Shown here piece after piece: positions 10,167 to 20,048 of a stretch of DNA of 64,000 bases. The translations under genes and the position numbers were made by a program. This DNA comes from an uncultured bacterium (GTDB lineage: Bacteria > Bacillota_I > Bacilli_A > RFN20 > CAG-826), in assembly GCA_949299165.1 (NCBI GenBank), contig CASFZJ010000001.1:626-64625 (forward strand). Direction: 5' to 3'. Positions within the stretch are counted from its first letter, which is position 1. The number at the start of each line of letters is the position of its first letter. The notes below the pieces were generated by a model. That model saw nothing but the letters and a program-made list of their open reading frames with translations. It did not search any database and had not been told where the DNA came from.

Positions 10167-10712
10167 TTAGTTGACTGCAAGAGTTTTTATGAGCTTGTCA
10201 TCTATATCAAATAGAGAAATTACATCTTGGTCAGTGTCATAAATTGCATAAGTTTTAGGATTATTATTTTTTGGTAAAGTTAAACTACCTGGATTTAAGA
10301 CAAAATGTTCATTATTTTCTTCTAAAACATAAATGTGAGTGTGGCCATACATAAAGATGTCACCTTTTTTTAAATCAAAATCGTTTTCTGTAAATAAATC
10401 GCCATGAGTTAAAACCAAATGGTGATTTTTAATATCGAGTTCAATTTTGTCTTTAAATTCGATTCCTAAAACAAATTCATCCACTCTTGAGTCGCAGTTT
10501 CCTCTAACAATTATAAGTTTGTCTTTTAATAAAGATAAATTTTTGCAAACATTAATTGGGTAATAGTCACTTGGCGGCACATTTCTTGCGCCACTATAAT
10601 TTATATCGCCAAGTAAAATAATTTTTTCAAAATTAAACTTATTATCAAGCGAGAGAATTTTCTCGCTTGAATAAGTTGATCCGTGTAAATCACTAGCTAT
10701 TAAAATCTTCAT
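10167..10712 (-). CDS. yfcE: YfcE/MJ0936-family metallophosphoesterase
   Basis: 181 aa with SDLHGS, LGDINYSGARN, RGNCDS, THGD and GHTH metal-ligand motifs. Close collinearity with E. coli YfcE as I recall it. Confidence 0.8.
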   Translation of the reverse strand: MKILIASDLHGSTYSSEKILSLDNKFNFEKIILLGDINYSGARNVPPSDYYPINVCKNLSLLKDKLIIVRGNCDSRVDEFVLGIEFKDKIELDIKNHHLVLTHGDLFTENDFDLKKGDIFMYGHTHIYVLEENNEHFVLNPGSLTLPKNNNPKTYAIYDTDQDVISLFDIDDKLIKTLAVN

Positions 10713-13075
10713 TATTTTTTCTTAAACAATCCAAATAAACCAGATTTTTTCTCTTCTGTTTTGGCTTCAGAAGTTATAGTTTTTTCACTAAAAGCCTCTT
10801 CTTTTTTAAATTCTTTAAAACCTTCTAAATCATCATTTTTTGACTTTTTTTCAGTTTCTACAGGTTTTTTGTTATATGGTTTTTTAGAAAAATCTTTGCG
10901 ATTTGCAGGGTTTTTTCTATTTTCACCATCTTTTTTTGAAGAATTTGGTTTTTCATCATTTTTATTTTCTTCAAATTCACGATGGGATAATTTGATCTTT
11001 CCATGATCATCAATATCGATAACTTTTACTTTTAAAGCATCACCAACTTTGGCAACATCATGAGCGTCTTTTACATATCCCCATGCGAGTTTTGAAACAT
11101 GGCATAAACCTTCTTTATCACCAAATAATTTAACGAAAGCACCATATTCTTCAACACGTGTTACTTCACCTTCAAATTCTTCTCCGACTTCAACTTCACG
11201 CACTATGCCATCAATAATTGATTTAGCTTTTTCGATACTTTCTTTATCGGTGTGATAAATTGTAACTTTTCCATCATCTTCAATATCGATTTTAACTTCA
11301 TTACATCTTTCGATAATGTCGTTAATAACTTTGCCACCACTTCCAATAACATCTTTAATCTTATCTTTATCGATATAGAATGTTTCAAATTTAGGAGCAT
11401 ATTTAGAGAGTTCTTTTCTTGGTTCGGCAATCGCTTTTGACATAACTTCTCTAATTTGTGCTCTAGCAGAATGAGCTTGCATTAAAGCATCATGTAAGAT
11501 TTCTCTTGTAACGCCTTTAATTTTAATATCCATTTGTAAAGCTGTGACACCAACTTCAGTTCCAGCAACTTTGAAGTCCATGTCACCAAAGTGATCTTCA
11601 AGACCTTGGATATCTGTAAGAATTGTATATGGATGATTTCCATCAAGTGGCCCACTTGTAATTAAACCCATTGCAATTCCACTTACCATTCTTTTGATTG
11701 GTACACCTGCTGCCATAAGTGCCATACAAGAAGCACAAATTGAAGCTTGAGATGAAGAACCATTTGATTCACAAACTTCAGCAACACATCTAATTGTGTA
11801 TGGAAATTCTTCTTCACTTGGTAAAACATAACTTAATGCTCTTTCGCCTAAAGCACCATGTCCGATTTCTCTTCTACCTGGTGTGCCCATTCTTCCGATT
11901 TCACCAACTGAGAATGGTGGGAAGTTATAATGATGCATCCAGCGTTTATGATCTTCAGGAGATAAACTTTCAAGAATTTGTTCATCATCTTTAATTCCAA
12001 GTGTACAAGTTGAGATAACTTGTGTTTGACCTCTTGTAAACATTGCAGAACCATGAACTCTTGGTAAGAGATCAACTTGAGCATCAAGTGGTCTGATTTC
12101 GTCAACTTTTCTACCATCAGGTCTAATTTTTTCAACTGTGATAAGTCTTCTAACTTCGTCTGCGACCATTTTTTCAAGAATATCGTTAACCATTAACATT
12201 GTTAAACGATGATCCTTATCATCTTTATATGATCTTGCATCATAGTCATCGATAATTTCTTTTTTAAGTGAATCAATAGCATTTTGTCTTTCTAATTTAT
12301 CAAAAATAGAAATTGATTTGACCATTTTGTCATAAATTCTGTCATAGATGTCTTTTTTAATTGTTTCATCTGGAGCATATAAAGAAACTTCTCTTTTTGC
12401 TTTTCCGATTTCACTAGCAATTTGTTTTTGGAAGGCACAAAGTTTTTTAATTGCTTCGTGACCGAACATAATTGCATCAAGCATTACATCTTCACTTAAT
12501 TCATTTGCGCCAGCTTCAACCATGTTGATTGCTTCTTCGGTTCCGGCGACAGCAAGATTTAAATCGCTCTTTTCTCTTTCTTCAACGCTTGGGTTGATAA
12601 CAAATTCACCATTAACTCTTCCAACATAGACACCAGCAATTGGGCCATCAAAAGGAATATCACTGATTGATAATGCAAGAGATGAACCAAACATTGCGGT
12701 CATTTCAGGTGTTGCATCTAAATCAACACTCATAACAGTGTTAACAATTTGGACTTCGTTTCTAAAGCCTTCAGGGAACATAGGACGAATAGGTCTATCG
12801 ATTAATCTAGCTGTTAAAGTTGCATGTTCTCCAGGTCTTCCTTCTCTTCTTAAGAATCCGCCAGGAATTCTTCCAATAGCATATTGTTTTTCTTCATAAC
12901 CAACAGTAAGTGGGAAGAAATCACCTTCTTTTGGTTCATCACTACAGCAAACTGTAGATAAAACGACAGTATCATTGAATCTAACTAATACTGCACCATC
13001 AGCTTGTTTGGCAATTTCGCCAGTCTCTACAACAAGCTTTTTTCCATAAAATTCAAATTCAAAAACTTTTTTCAT
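10712..13075 (-). CDS. pnp: polyribonucleotide nucleotidyltransferase (PNPase) with a long K/E-rich C-terminal tail
   Basis: 787 aa with two RNase PH domains, KH ([11 protein letters not shown]) and S1 ([15 protein letters not shown]). About 90 extra low-complexity residues follow the S1 domain. Confidence 0.95.
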   Translation of the reverse strand: MKKVFEFEFYGKKLVVETGEIAKQADGAVLVRFNDTVVLSTVCCSDEPKEGDFFPLTVGYEEKQYAIGRIPGGFLRREGRPGEHATLTARLIDRPIRPMFPEGFRNEVQIVNTVMSVDLDATPEMTAMFGSSLALSISDIPFDGPIAGVYVGRVNGEFVINPSVEEREKSDLNLAVAGTEEAINMVEAGANELSEDVMLDAIMFGHEAIKKLCAFQKQIASEIGKAKREVSLYAPDETIKKDIYDRIYDKMVKSISIFDKLERQNAIDSLKKEIIDDYDARSYKDDKDHRLTMLMVNDILEKMVADEVRRLITVEKIRPDGRKVDEIRPLDAQVDLLPRVHGSAMFTRGQTQVISTCTLGIKDDEQILESLSPEDHKRWMHHYNFPPFSVGEIGRMGTPGRREIGHGALGERALSYVLPSEEEFPYTIRCVAEVCESNGSSSQASICASCMALMAAGVPIKRMVSGIAMGLITSGPLDGNHPYTILTDIQGLEDHFGDMDFKVAGTEVGVTALQMDIKIKGVTREILHDALMQAHSARAQIREVMSKAIAEPRKELSKYAPKFETFYIDKDKIKDVIGSGGKVINDIIERCNEVKIDIEDDGKVTIYHTDKESIEKAKSIIDGIVREVEVGEEFEGEVTRVEEYGAFVKLFGDKEGLCHVSKLAWGYVKDAHDVAKVGDALKVKVIDIDDHGKIKLSHREFEENKNDEKPNSSKKDGENRKNPANRKDFSKKPYNKKPVETEKKSKNDDLEGFKEFKKEEAFSEKTITSEAKTEEKKSGLFGLFKKK

Positions 13076-13229
13076 TCTCTTTTTCCTTATATAAACAAAA
13101 GTATTTTATACTTTTTGTTTAAAGATTTCATCTCAAAATTTAGAATAAAAATCACTTAAAAAATTAGGAAAAATTTAAAATTTCCTAGGAATTTTTAATA
13201 TTCTCCTAATTTATTTAAAAAAGGGTATA

Positions 13230-13904
13230 TTATTTAAAAATTTCTATATATTTTTCAAAATTTTCTAAAATTTCTTGAACTTTATTAAAACCATCAGCCA
13301 TAGGGAACCCATCAACTAAAGCATGGGATGTAGTTAAATTTAGAGTCATTTTATAACGATCATTTTCTAAAACATATTTTCCCCATAAAGCTCTCGTGCA
13401 ACTTTGACTCGATTTATCACCATAAATCATTGGATGAGTCATGCCAGCAAAATCCAAAGTAGGTAAGCAAGAAAAATAAAATTCATCATATAAAGAACTA
13501 TCATTATAATCTTCTCGATGATTTATATTAGTTTTTTCGTATTCTTTCACTTCGTAAACTCTTTTATAAAACTCTGAATAGGTTTTTGTATATTCGATTT
13601 TTGCATTGTTATAAGTATTATCAATGCATTTAATTGTAAAAGTTGGATTTATAAAATCGTATAAGCGAATTTCATTATTAACATAACGCAATCTAAATTC
13701 CTCAATTTCATTAAGGGCGACTGTTAAAACATATAAAAAATTAATGAAAAAAGATGTTTTTGTTCTCTTCGAATATAGAACTAAGTTCGTAACATCTAAT
13801 CTGACATCAAGACCATAAGTTGTGTTATCGAACGAGTTAAACCATAAAAATTGTGTTTTTCTATTCCGTTTAGAAACATCAATTACCTTATATTTATTTT
13901 CCAT
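13230..13904 (-). CDS. chloramphenicol acetyltransferase (CAT, type A) family protein
   Basis: 224 aa, collinear with classical CAT. IDVSKRNRKTQFLWF matches VDISQWHRKEHFEAF. The catalytic-His motif SHALVDGF matches HHAVCDGF. Confidence 0.6.
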   Translation of the reverse strand: MENKYKVIDVSKRNRKTQFLWFNSFDNTTYGLDVRLDVTNLVLYSKRTKTSFFINFLYVLTVALNEIEEFRLRYVNNEIRLYDFINPTFTIKCIDNTYNNAKIEYTKTYSEFYKRVYEVKEYEKTNINHREDYNDSSLYDEFYFSCLPTLDFAGMTHPMIYGDKSSQSCTRALWGKYVLENDRYKMTLNLTTSHALVDGFPMADGFNKVQEILENFEKYIEIFK

Positions 13905-13907
13905 AAA

Positions 13908-14810
13908 TTAATTCATTACTCCAGTTGCAAAAAGAATAATTAATAACGCACCTAGGATAATTCGATAATAGCCAAAGCCAATGAATGTGTGTTTTTTAAT
14001 AAATTTCATCAATGTATTAATAATGATTAATGAAGTAATAAATGCGGATAATAAGCCAAAAACCATATATAAGGTCATGTTAAGATCCCGCGTTACGCCT
14101 TCACCCATAAATGAGATAAATTTAACTAAACTTGCGCCAACCATTACTGGTATTGAAAGATAGAAACTGAATTCAGCTCCGCATGTTCTAGAACAGCCCA
14201 ATAAAAGTGCAGTAACAATAGTTACACCGCTTCTTGAAGTTCCAGGAATTAAACTTAAAATTTGCGAAATACCAATTATTAAAATGATAGTGTATGACAT
14301 ATCGCTAGTTGAATGGTATTTAAAATATGTTTGATTTTTGCCAATAAGTCCAATATCTTGACAACTTATAAAGTTTTTTTGATCTTTTTTAAGATGAGTT
14401 TCAAGAAGAATAAAGATAATTCCATAGATAATTAATGCGATAGAAACAACAAGTGTATTATCTAAATAAGAATCTAAACCTGTAATTTGTAAAGCCAAAG
14501 CTACAACTACAACTGGTAAAACTCCAATTATAATTTTTAACCAAGTTTTCCAAATATCATTTCTTTGAGCTTTGTCTAATTTAGGATTAATAGGATTTAA
14601 TTGTTTAAAGAACTTTAAAATTACTGCAAGAATTGCTCCAAGTTGAATAACAACTAAGAAAAAATCCCAAAATTCAGGATAAGTATCTTGTATCTTAAAA
14701 AATCCATCTAATATTATTAAATGCCCTGTTGAAGATATTGGTAGCCATTCAGTTATTCCTTCTACCACCCCATAAAGTAATGCCTGTAAAATAACTATAA
14801 ATATTTCCAT
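13908..14810 (-). CDS. uppP: undecaprenyl-diphosphate phosphatase
   Basis: 300 aa polytopic protein with the BacA/UppP motifs GITEWLPISSTGHL and PGTSRSG. Confidence 0.85.
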   Translation of the reverse strand: MEIFIVILQALLYGVVEGITEWLPISSTGHLIILDGFFKIQDTYPEFWDFFLVVIQLGAILAVILKFFKQLNPINPKLDKAQRNDIWKTWLKIIIGVLPVVVVALALQITGLDSYLDNTLVVSIALIIYGIIFILLETHLKKDQKNFISCQDIGLIGKNQTYFKYHSTSDMSYTIILIIGISQILSLIPGTSRSGVTIVTALLLGCSRTCGAEFSFYLSIPVMVGASLVKFISFMGEGVTRDLNMTLYMVFGLLSAFITSLIIINTLMKFIKKHTFIGFGYYRIILGALLIILFATGVMN

Positions 14811-14900
14811 AAGCGCACCTATTATACCATTAATAAAAATAATTACAAAACTAAAAATCTACTAAAAAACTATCAATTATCAACTAAAAACCTTGCAAAA

Positions 14901-16667
14901 CTAAACTATTTTTGCATATTGTGCATTATAAAGCTCGTAATAGAAACCATGTTTTCCGAGTAATTCTTTGTGATTTCCCGCTTCAATTATTGCTCCATCT
15001 TTCATTACTAAAATAAGATCACTATTAACAATAGTTGATAATCTATGCGCTATAACAAAGGAAGTTTTGCTTTTCATTAGTATGTTAAATGCTTCAGAAA
15101 TTTTCATTTCAGTTCTAGTATCAATATTACTTGTAGCTTCATCTAAAATCATAATTTTAGGATTAACAAGCATTACTCGAGCGATTGAAATTAATTGTTT
15201 TTGACCTACACTTAAACCAGAATAATCATTAATATAAGTGTCAAAACCATTAGGCAAACGCATAATAAAATCATAACAATTAGCTTTACGACACGCTTCA
15301 ACTATCTCTTCTTCAGTTGCATCTTTTTTTCCATAAGTAATATTTTCTCTAACAGTGCCAGAGAAAATCCAAGTATCTTGTAAAACCATGCCAAATGATT
15401 TTCTTAAAGAACTCTTTAGGATGGATTTAGTATCGGTTTCATCAAAAACAATTTCACCACTATTTGGATCATAAAATCTTAATAAAAGATTGATTATAGT
15501 TGTTTTACCACATCCAGTTGGCCCAACTATTGCTATTTTTTGTCCTTGTTCAACTTTTAAATTAAACTCTTTGATAATCTGTTTTTTGCCATCATAAGAG
15601 AAATTGACATCATTAAAATCAATTTTATCGACTACATTCTCGATTAGTTTTTCGCCTTCATTGACATCATTTTTCTCATCTAAAACGATATTAAGTCTTT
15701 TTAATGAAGATAATCCTGTTTGGATTTCAGGTATGCAATTTGAAATTTCATTAAATGGTTTTGCAAATTGATTTGAGTATTGGATGAAAGTCAAAATCGT
15801 GCCAACTGTGCAACTTGCTCCTAAAATCATATTTCCATCTTTATAAGAGAACGCGCATAGTAAGGCAGCTACCATACCAACAATTGCATAAGTCGAATTA
15901 TTGACGAGTCTTGTAACTGGATTTGCTAAACTACCTGCAAATTGAGCTTTTTGACCGACTTTATATAAATCTTTATTTATAGCTTCAAATTCACTAATTG
16001 AATCTTTCTCGTAATTATTAGATTTAATAACATCAATGTTGTTTATGCTTTCTAAACTTAAAGCGCCTAAATCGCCAAAAATTTTGGATTGTGATTTAAA
16101 ATATTTATTAGTTTTATGAGCTAAAGAATAAGAAATAAAGAAACCAAATGGTGTTAAAAACACGACAACAAAGCCTAAAATCCAATTAAAGATAAACATA
16201 ATGATGAAAGTTACAATTATTTGAATAATGCCTTGATAAAATTGTCTAAAGCCACTTACCAAAGCGACATTTAAATTATCAGAGTCATTAATAACTCTTG
16301 AAACTAAATCGCCATGAGGATGTTCATCAATATAAGCAATAGAAACTTCATTTAATTTCTTGAAAACGTCATCCTTAACATTTTTAGTGACTCTTTCTAC
16401 AAAAAGTCCATTAAAATATTCAAACAAAAATTGAAAAATCAAAACTAGAACAATCAAAATTACCGAAATCACTAAATATCTAAAGAAATTAGTATTTAAC
16501 AATGAAATATGCTCTATTATTGCCAAAGTAATTTCATCTATTGCTTTACCAAAAAATAATGGAGTTAAACACATTGAAACAACAAAAATTAAAGCACAGA
16601 TTAAAGAAGAAATTAAAAATCCTGGATATCTTTTTATATAAGAAAATAATCTAGTTAGCTCTTTCAT
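14901..16667 (-). CDS. ABC exporter subunit (TMD-NBD), consensus-site partner
   Basis: Six-TM domain plus an NBD with Walker A GPTGCGKTT, a non-canonical signature LSVGQKQ and Walker B ILDEATSNID. The preferred start is the ATG at 16667 (MKELTRLF), preceded by GGTGA. The ORF extends to 16679. Confidence 0.85.
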   Translation of the reverse strand: MKELTRLFSYIKRYPGFLISSLICALIFVVSMCLTPLFFGKAIDEITLAIIEHISLLNTNFFRYLVISVILIVLVLIFQFLFEYFNGLFVERVTKNVKDDVFKKLNEVSIAYIDEHPHGDLVSRVINDSDNLNVALVSGFRQFYQGIIQIIVTFIIMFIFNWILGFVVVFLTPFGFFISYSLAHKTNKYFKSQSKIFGDLGALSLESINNIDVIKSNNYEKDSISEFEAINKDLYKVGQKAQFAGSLANPVTRLVNNSTYAIVGMVAALLCAFSYKDGNMILGASCTVGTILTFIQYSNQFAKPFNEISNCIPEIQTGLSSLKRLNIVLDEKNDVNEGEKLIENVVDKIDFNDVNFSYDGKKQIIKEFNLKVEQGQKIAIVGPTGCGKTTIINLLLRFYDPNSGEIVFDETDTKSILKSSLRKSFGMVLQDTWIFSGTVRENITYGKKDATEEEIVEACRKANCYDFIMRLPNGFDTYINDYSGLSVGQKQLISIARVMLVNPKIMILDEATSNIDTRTEMKISEAFNILMKSKTSFVIAHRLSTIVNSDLILVMKDGAIIEAGNHKELLGKHGFYYELYNAQYAKIV

Positions 16668-18408
16668 AATCTTCACCATATTGAGAGATATAAATCTCTT
16701 TATAAACTTTGCTCTTCTTTAATAATTCTTCATGAGTTCCAATATTTTCGACTTCACCATGATACATAACGATGATTTTGTCACAATTTAATAAGCTTGA
16801 TACTCTTTGAGCAATGATAATTGTTGTTTGATCTTTGTTTCCAAAAATATTTTGTTTAAGTTCTTTTTCAGTTAAATAATCTAGGGCACTTGTAGAATCA
16901 TCTAAAATCAAGGTTTCTGAATTTTTAACTAAGGCACGAGCGATTGATAATCTTTGTCTTTGTCCGCCGCTTAAATTTTTACCGCCTTCCTCGATTTCAT
17001 AATCAAGAAAATTAGGAAATTTCTTAACAAAATCATAGGAACAAGACTTTTTTAAAGCATCAATCATCTCTTCTTCTGTTGCATTTCTATTTCCAACGAG
17101 TAAATTTGATCTAATTGTACCTTTAAATAAAACTGCTTTTTGATTTGCAATACTGATTTCTTCATGAAGCGCATTTAAATCATAATCTTTTATATCATGA
17201 CCTTTATATAAAATCTCACCAGCACTTCTATCAAAAAATCTATCAATTAATTTAATAAGGGTAGATTTCCCACTTCCAGTGCCACCTATTATACCAACTT
17301 TTTCGCCGCTAAAAATTTCAAAATTTAGATTTTTAACAACATTATTTTCGCCTTCATTATATCTAAAACTTACATTATCAAATTTAATTAAACTTTCGCC
17401 ATTTTTAATAGAAAACCTTGCAAATCTTGGATTATTTTTTAAATCATCTTCGATATTCAATAAATAGTCAACTCTTTTTTTACTAGCAAAAGCCCTTGTA
17501 AAAATAATGACTAAATTGCTAACTGCAATTAAAGCAATAAAGCATTGATTTAAATATTGAATCAAACTTGTTAAATCGCCAGTTGTTAAATCACTATTTA
17601 AAGATTCTAAAATTTGACCAGAAGTAAAATAAATAACAAGAACAATGGTGATATTAATAACAAGAAAAGTTAATGGATTAGTCAAAGCATTAACAAAGTT
17701 AACACTTTTCATTTCGTTATAATAATCACTCGTCTTTTCTTTAAATTTATTAACTTCAACATCTTCGTTATTAAAAGCTTTAATAACTCTCATTCCGTTT
17801 AAAGAATCATTAGTTAAAGTTACTAAATTATCTACCTTTTTTTGAACAGTGATAACTTTTTTCGAAGAAAATCTTAATATAAAGAATAATATTAACGAAA
17901 TCAAAAGAACCACACCTAAAAATATAAATGCTACTTGCCAATCAATAATAAAAGCACAAATCAAGGATCCAATAACAATTGCTGGTGCTCGTAATACAAG
18001 TCTAATCATCATCGCGACTGAAACTTGTAAACGGTTAACATCATTACTTAATGCTGTGTTTAAATTTCCTTTTCCAATAAGTTCAATATTTCTTAAAGAC
18101 ATATTCATGATTTTGCTATAAAGTGCGTCTCTAAGTCTTGTTCCAAATCCTTGACTAGCAATCGATGCAAAATGTTGGCACACAAGAGTTGAGCATAAGC
18201 CTAAAACCGCAAGAGCAAAAATAATAACTCCTGGCACAACAATTTGAGTATAACTTCCATATTGTTGTGCAGCAACTATTCCTTCATCAATTATGTAAGA
18301 CATCAAAAAAGGCATACTTAATTCAAATGCTACTTCAAGCATTTTAAAAGTAGGCCCTAATACAAATTCTTTTTTAAAATATTTAATAAATGAATATGAA
18401 CTTACCAT
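16651..18408 (-). CDS. ABC exporter subunit (TMD-NBD), degenerate-site partner
   Basis: NBD with Walker A GGTGSGKST and signature LSGGQRQR. Walker B is LILDDSTSALD, so the catalytic Glu is replaced by Asp. It overlaps the partner gene. Confidence 0.85.
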   Translation of the reverse strand: MVSSYSFIKYFKKEFVLGPTFKMLEVAFELSMPFLMSYIIDEGIVAAQQYGSYTQIVVPGVIIFALAVLGLCSTLVCQHFASIASQGFGTRLRDALYSKIMNMSLRNIELIGKGNLNTALSNDVNRLQVSVAMMIRLVLRAPAIVIGSLICAFIIDWQVAFIFLGVVLLISLILFFILRFSSKKVITVQKKVDNLVTLTNDSLNGMRVIKAFNNEDVEVNKFKEKTSDYYNEMKSVNFVNALTNPLTFLVINITIVLVIYFTSGQILESLNSDLTTGDLTSLIQYLNQCFIALIAVSNLVIIFTRAFASKKRVDYLLNIEDDLKNNPRFARFSIKNGESLIKFDNVSFRYNEGENNVVKNLNFEIFSGEKVGIIGGTGSGKSTLIKLIDRFFDRSAGEILYKGHDIKDYDLNALHEEISIANQKAVLFKGTIRSNLLVGNRNATEEEMIDALKKSCSYDFVKKFPNFLDYEIEEGGKNLSGGQRQRLSIARALVKNSETLILDDSTSALDYLTEKELKQNIFGNKDQTTIIIAQRVSSLLNCDKIIVMYHGEVENIGTHEELLKKSKVYKEIYISQYGEDYERAN

Positions 18409-18413
18409 AAAAA

Positions 18414-18445
18414 TAAAAAAAGAGACTTTTTTATTATAAAGTCTC
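18414..18445 (-). terminator. rho-independent terminator after rpsO
   Basis: The minus strand reads GAGACTTT-ataataaa-AAAGTCTC followed by TTTTTTTATTTT. Confidence 0.6.
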
Positions 18446-18474
18446 CGTTTCTTAAATTCACTACTTAATTTGTC

Positions 18475-18744
18475 TTATTTTCTTAAGCCAAGCTCAGCAA
18501 TAAGTTTTAAATAAGCATCTCTATCTTCACTTTCTAAATAAGCAAGTAAAGATTTTCTTTGACCAACGAGAATAAGTAAGCTTCTTCTAGCTGTATGGTC
18601 TTTGTCATTCTTTTTTAAGTGAGTTGTTAATTCTTGAATTCTTTTTGTAAGTAAAGCGACTTGAACTTGAACAGAACCTGTATCTTTTTCATTTGCGCCA
18701 AACTTTTTAACGATTTCAGCTTTAACTTTCTTTTCTAATGCCAT
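18475..18744 (-). CDS. rpsO: 30S ribosomal protein S15
   Basis: MALEKKVKAEIVKKFG...HDHTARRSLLILVGQRKSLLAYL. The AAGGAG Shine-Dalgarno spacing favours the ATG at 18744. The ORF-track start at 18750 adds 2 aa. Confidence 0.95.
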   Translation of the reverse strand: MALEKKVKAEIVKKFGANEKDTGSVQVQVALLTKRIQELTTHLKKNDKDHTARRSLLILVGQRKSLLAYLESEDRDAYLKLIAELGLRK

Positions 18745-18968
18745 AGTCATTTCTCCTTTCTCAATATTCGCAATAAACTATGTTAAGCGTTGGAGATTCG
18801 CTAAACATGGTTTAATGTAGCCTTAATAAAATACCAAATGAAGTTATATTTAGCAAGATTTTTTTAAAATTTACAAAATATGCAAAACTTAAGTTTTTTC
18901 AATTTTTCCCAGAAATATTGATATATTTCCAAAAGATTTAATCAAATTTTCTAGGTTTTTTCAAAATT

Positions 18969-18990
18969 CCTAGGAAATTTTGCAAAAAGT
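18969..18990 (+). repeat. dispersed intergenic motif copy (yTAGGrAAwwTTGCAAAAAGT)
   Basis: cctaggaaattttgcaaaaagt, 8 nt before the ribF stop codon. Confidence 0.5.
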
Positions 18991-18997
18991 GCGTTTT

Positions 18998-19903
18998 TTA
19001 ATAATTATATTTAAAGAAATTTTCGCTATTTTCAATATCTTCAGCAATTTTGTTTTTTAATTCTTCTATATTATTAAATTTAACTTCTTCTCTTTCTTTT
19101 TCGTAAAAATATAGTGAAATATTTTCACCATAAATATTTCCATTAAATCCAATAACATAGGTTTCAATAGTTGGCAAAGTTAATTTTTCAATTGTAGGAT
19201 GTGTACCGATATTTGTGACAGAGTTATAAACTTCACCATTAATTTTTGTTCTTGTAAAATAAACACCATTTTCAGGAATTACATAATTTGTAGAAGGTAA
19301 AATATTTGCAGTTGGAAAGCCAATTAGATGGCCATTATCTAGTCCATGAACTACACCACCAAAAAGTTTATAAGGTTTACCAAGGTAACGTGCTGCTTCT
19401 TTAACATTACCTTCTTTAATTAATTCTTTAATTCTTGAACTTGAGATTTTGTTTTCAAAGTGATCATTAACATAACTTAAAACATAAACTTGGCTAAATC
19501 TTTGTTTAAGATAATTAACATCACCTTTTGCTTCATAACCGAATCTAAAATCAGGTCCACAGAATATTTTTGCAGGATTGAATGCTTTTAATACTGTATC
19601 AACAAATTTTACGTAACTCATTTGTTTAAAATTATCATCGCATTCAACAATAAATAGATAATCTACATCAAGTCTTCTCATGGATTCGATCTTGTCATCG
19701 TTATTCGTAAGACAACCTTCAATACTTTTTAGAGGTTTGTCAAAAGTAAAAACACCTAGCGAACCTTTTTTAGTATTTTGTTTTGCGTAGTTAATCAATT
19801 GCATATGCCCAATGTGGACGCCATCAAAAAATCCTAAAACAAGACCCAAATCAGGTATGCCTTGTTTAATATCTGAAAAATCTTTTAAATAAATTACTTC
19901 CAT
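18998..19903 (-). CDS. ribF: bifunctional riboflavin kinase / FMN adenylyltransferase
   Basis: LGFFDGVHIGHMQLI (FAD synthetase) and GFPTANI...TNIGTHPT (riboflavin kinase). The probable start is MEVIYLKDF at 19903. The 10 extra N-terminal residues of the ORF track (to 19933) look like non-coding read-through. A TATAAT box lies 7 nt upstream of this ATG. Confidence 0.85.
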   Translation of the reverse strand: MEVIYLKDFSDIKQGIPDLGLVLGFFDGVHIGHMQLINYAKQNTKKGSLGVFTFDKPLKSIEGCLTNNDDKIESMRRLDVDYLFIVECDDNFKQMSYVKFVDTVLKAFNPAKIFCGPDFRFGYEAKGDVNYLKQRFSQVYVLSYVNDHFENKISSSRIKELIKEGNVKEAARYLGKPYKLFGGVVHGLDNGHLIGFPTANILPSTNYVIPENGVYFTRTKINGEVYNSVTNIGTHPTIEKLTLPTIETYVIGFNGNIYGENISLYFYEKEREEVKFNNIEELKNKIAEDIENSENFFKYNY

Positions 19904-20048
19904 GAAAAATATTATAAGCATAAGCATTTTCAAATTAAATCCAAAAAATCTAATTTTAGATTTTTGTTTATTATTTTTGCTGACTTTGTTCCATATGAAA
20001 CTTTTAAATTTATTTTCAAAGAAAAATTAAACATATATAATTCTAAAC

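Noticed and set aside
13094-13121. 11-bp A/T-only inverted repeat (AAACAAAAGTA/TACTTTTTGTTT) between the CAT-like gene and pnp, considered as a terminator or pnp autoregulatory hairpin
   Set aside because: The stem is almost entirely A-T with a bulge. It abuts the pnp SD. It cannot be distinguished from chance symmetry in A/T-rich spacer DNA without transcript data.
18984-18999. AAGTGCG core inside AAAAAGTGCGTTTTTT resembles the Pasteurellaceae DNA-uptake signal core, which is tempting given the nearby pilus-like operon
   Set aside because: Only two copies of this exact core occur in 64 kb. Sister words have different cores (GTCCGG, GTAGTAC, GTACCTG). The resemblance is most likely coincidental.
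19904-19933. Longer RibF N-terminus (MKMLMLIIFF...) from the ORF track, and a leaderless-mRNA interpretation of the TATAAT 7 nt upstream of the ATG at 19903
   Set aside because: The extension has no counterpart in RibF proteins, so the shorter start was adopted. The leaderless idea lacks a convincing -35 (the only TTGAAA is 11 nt away) and is left as a note only.
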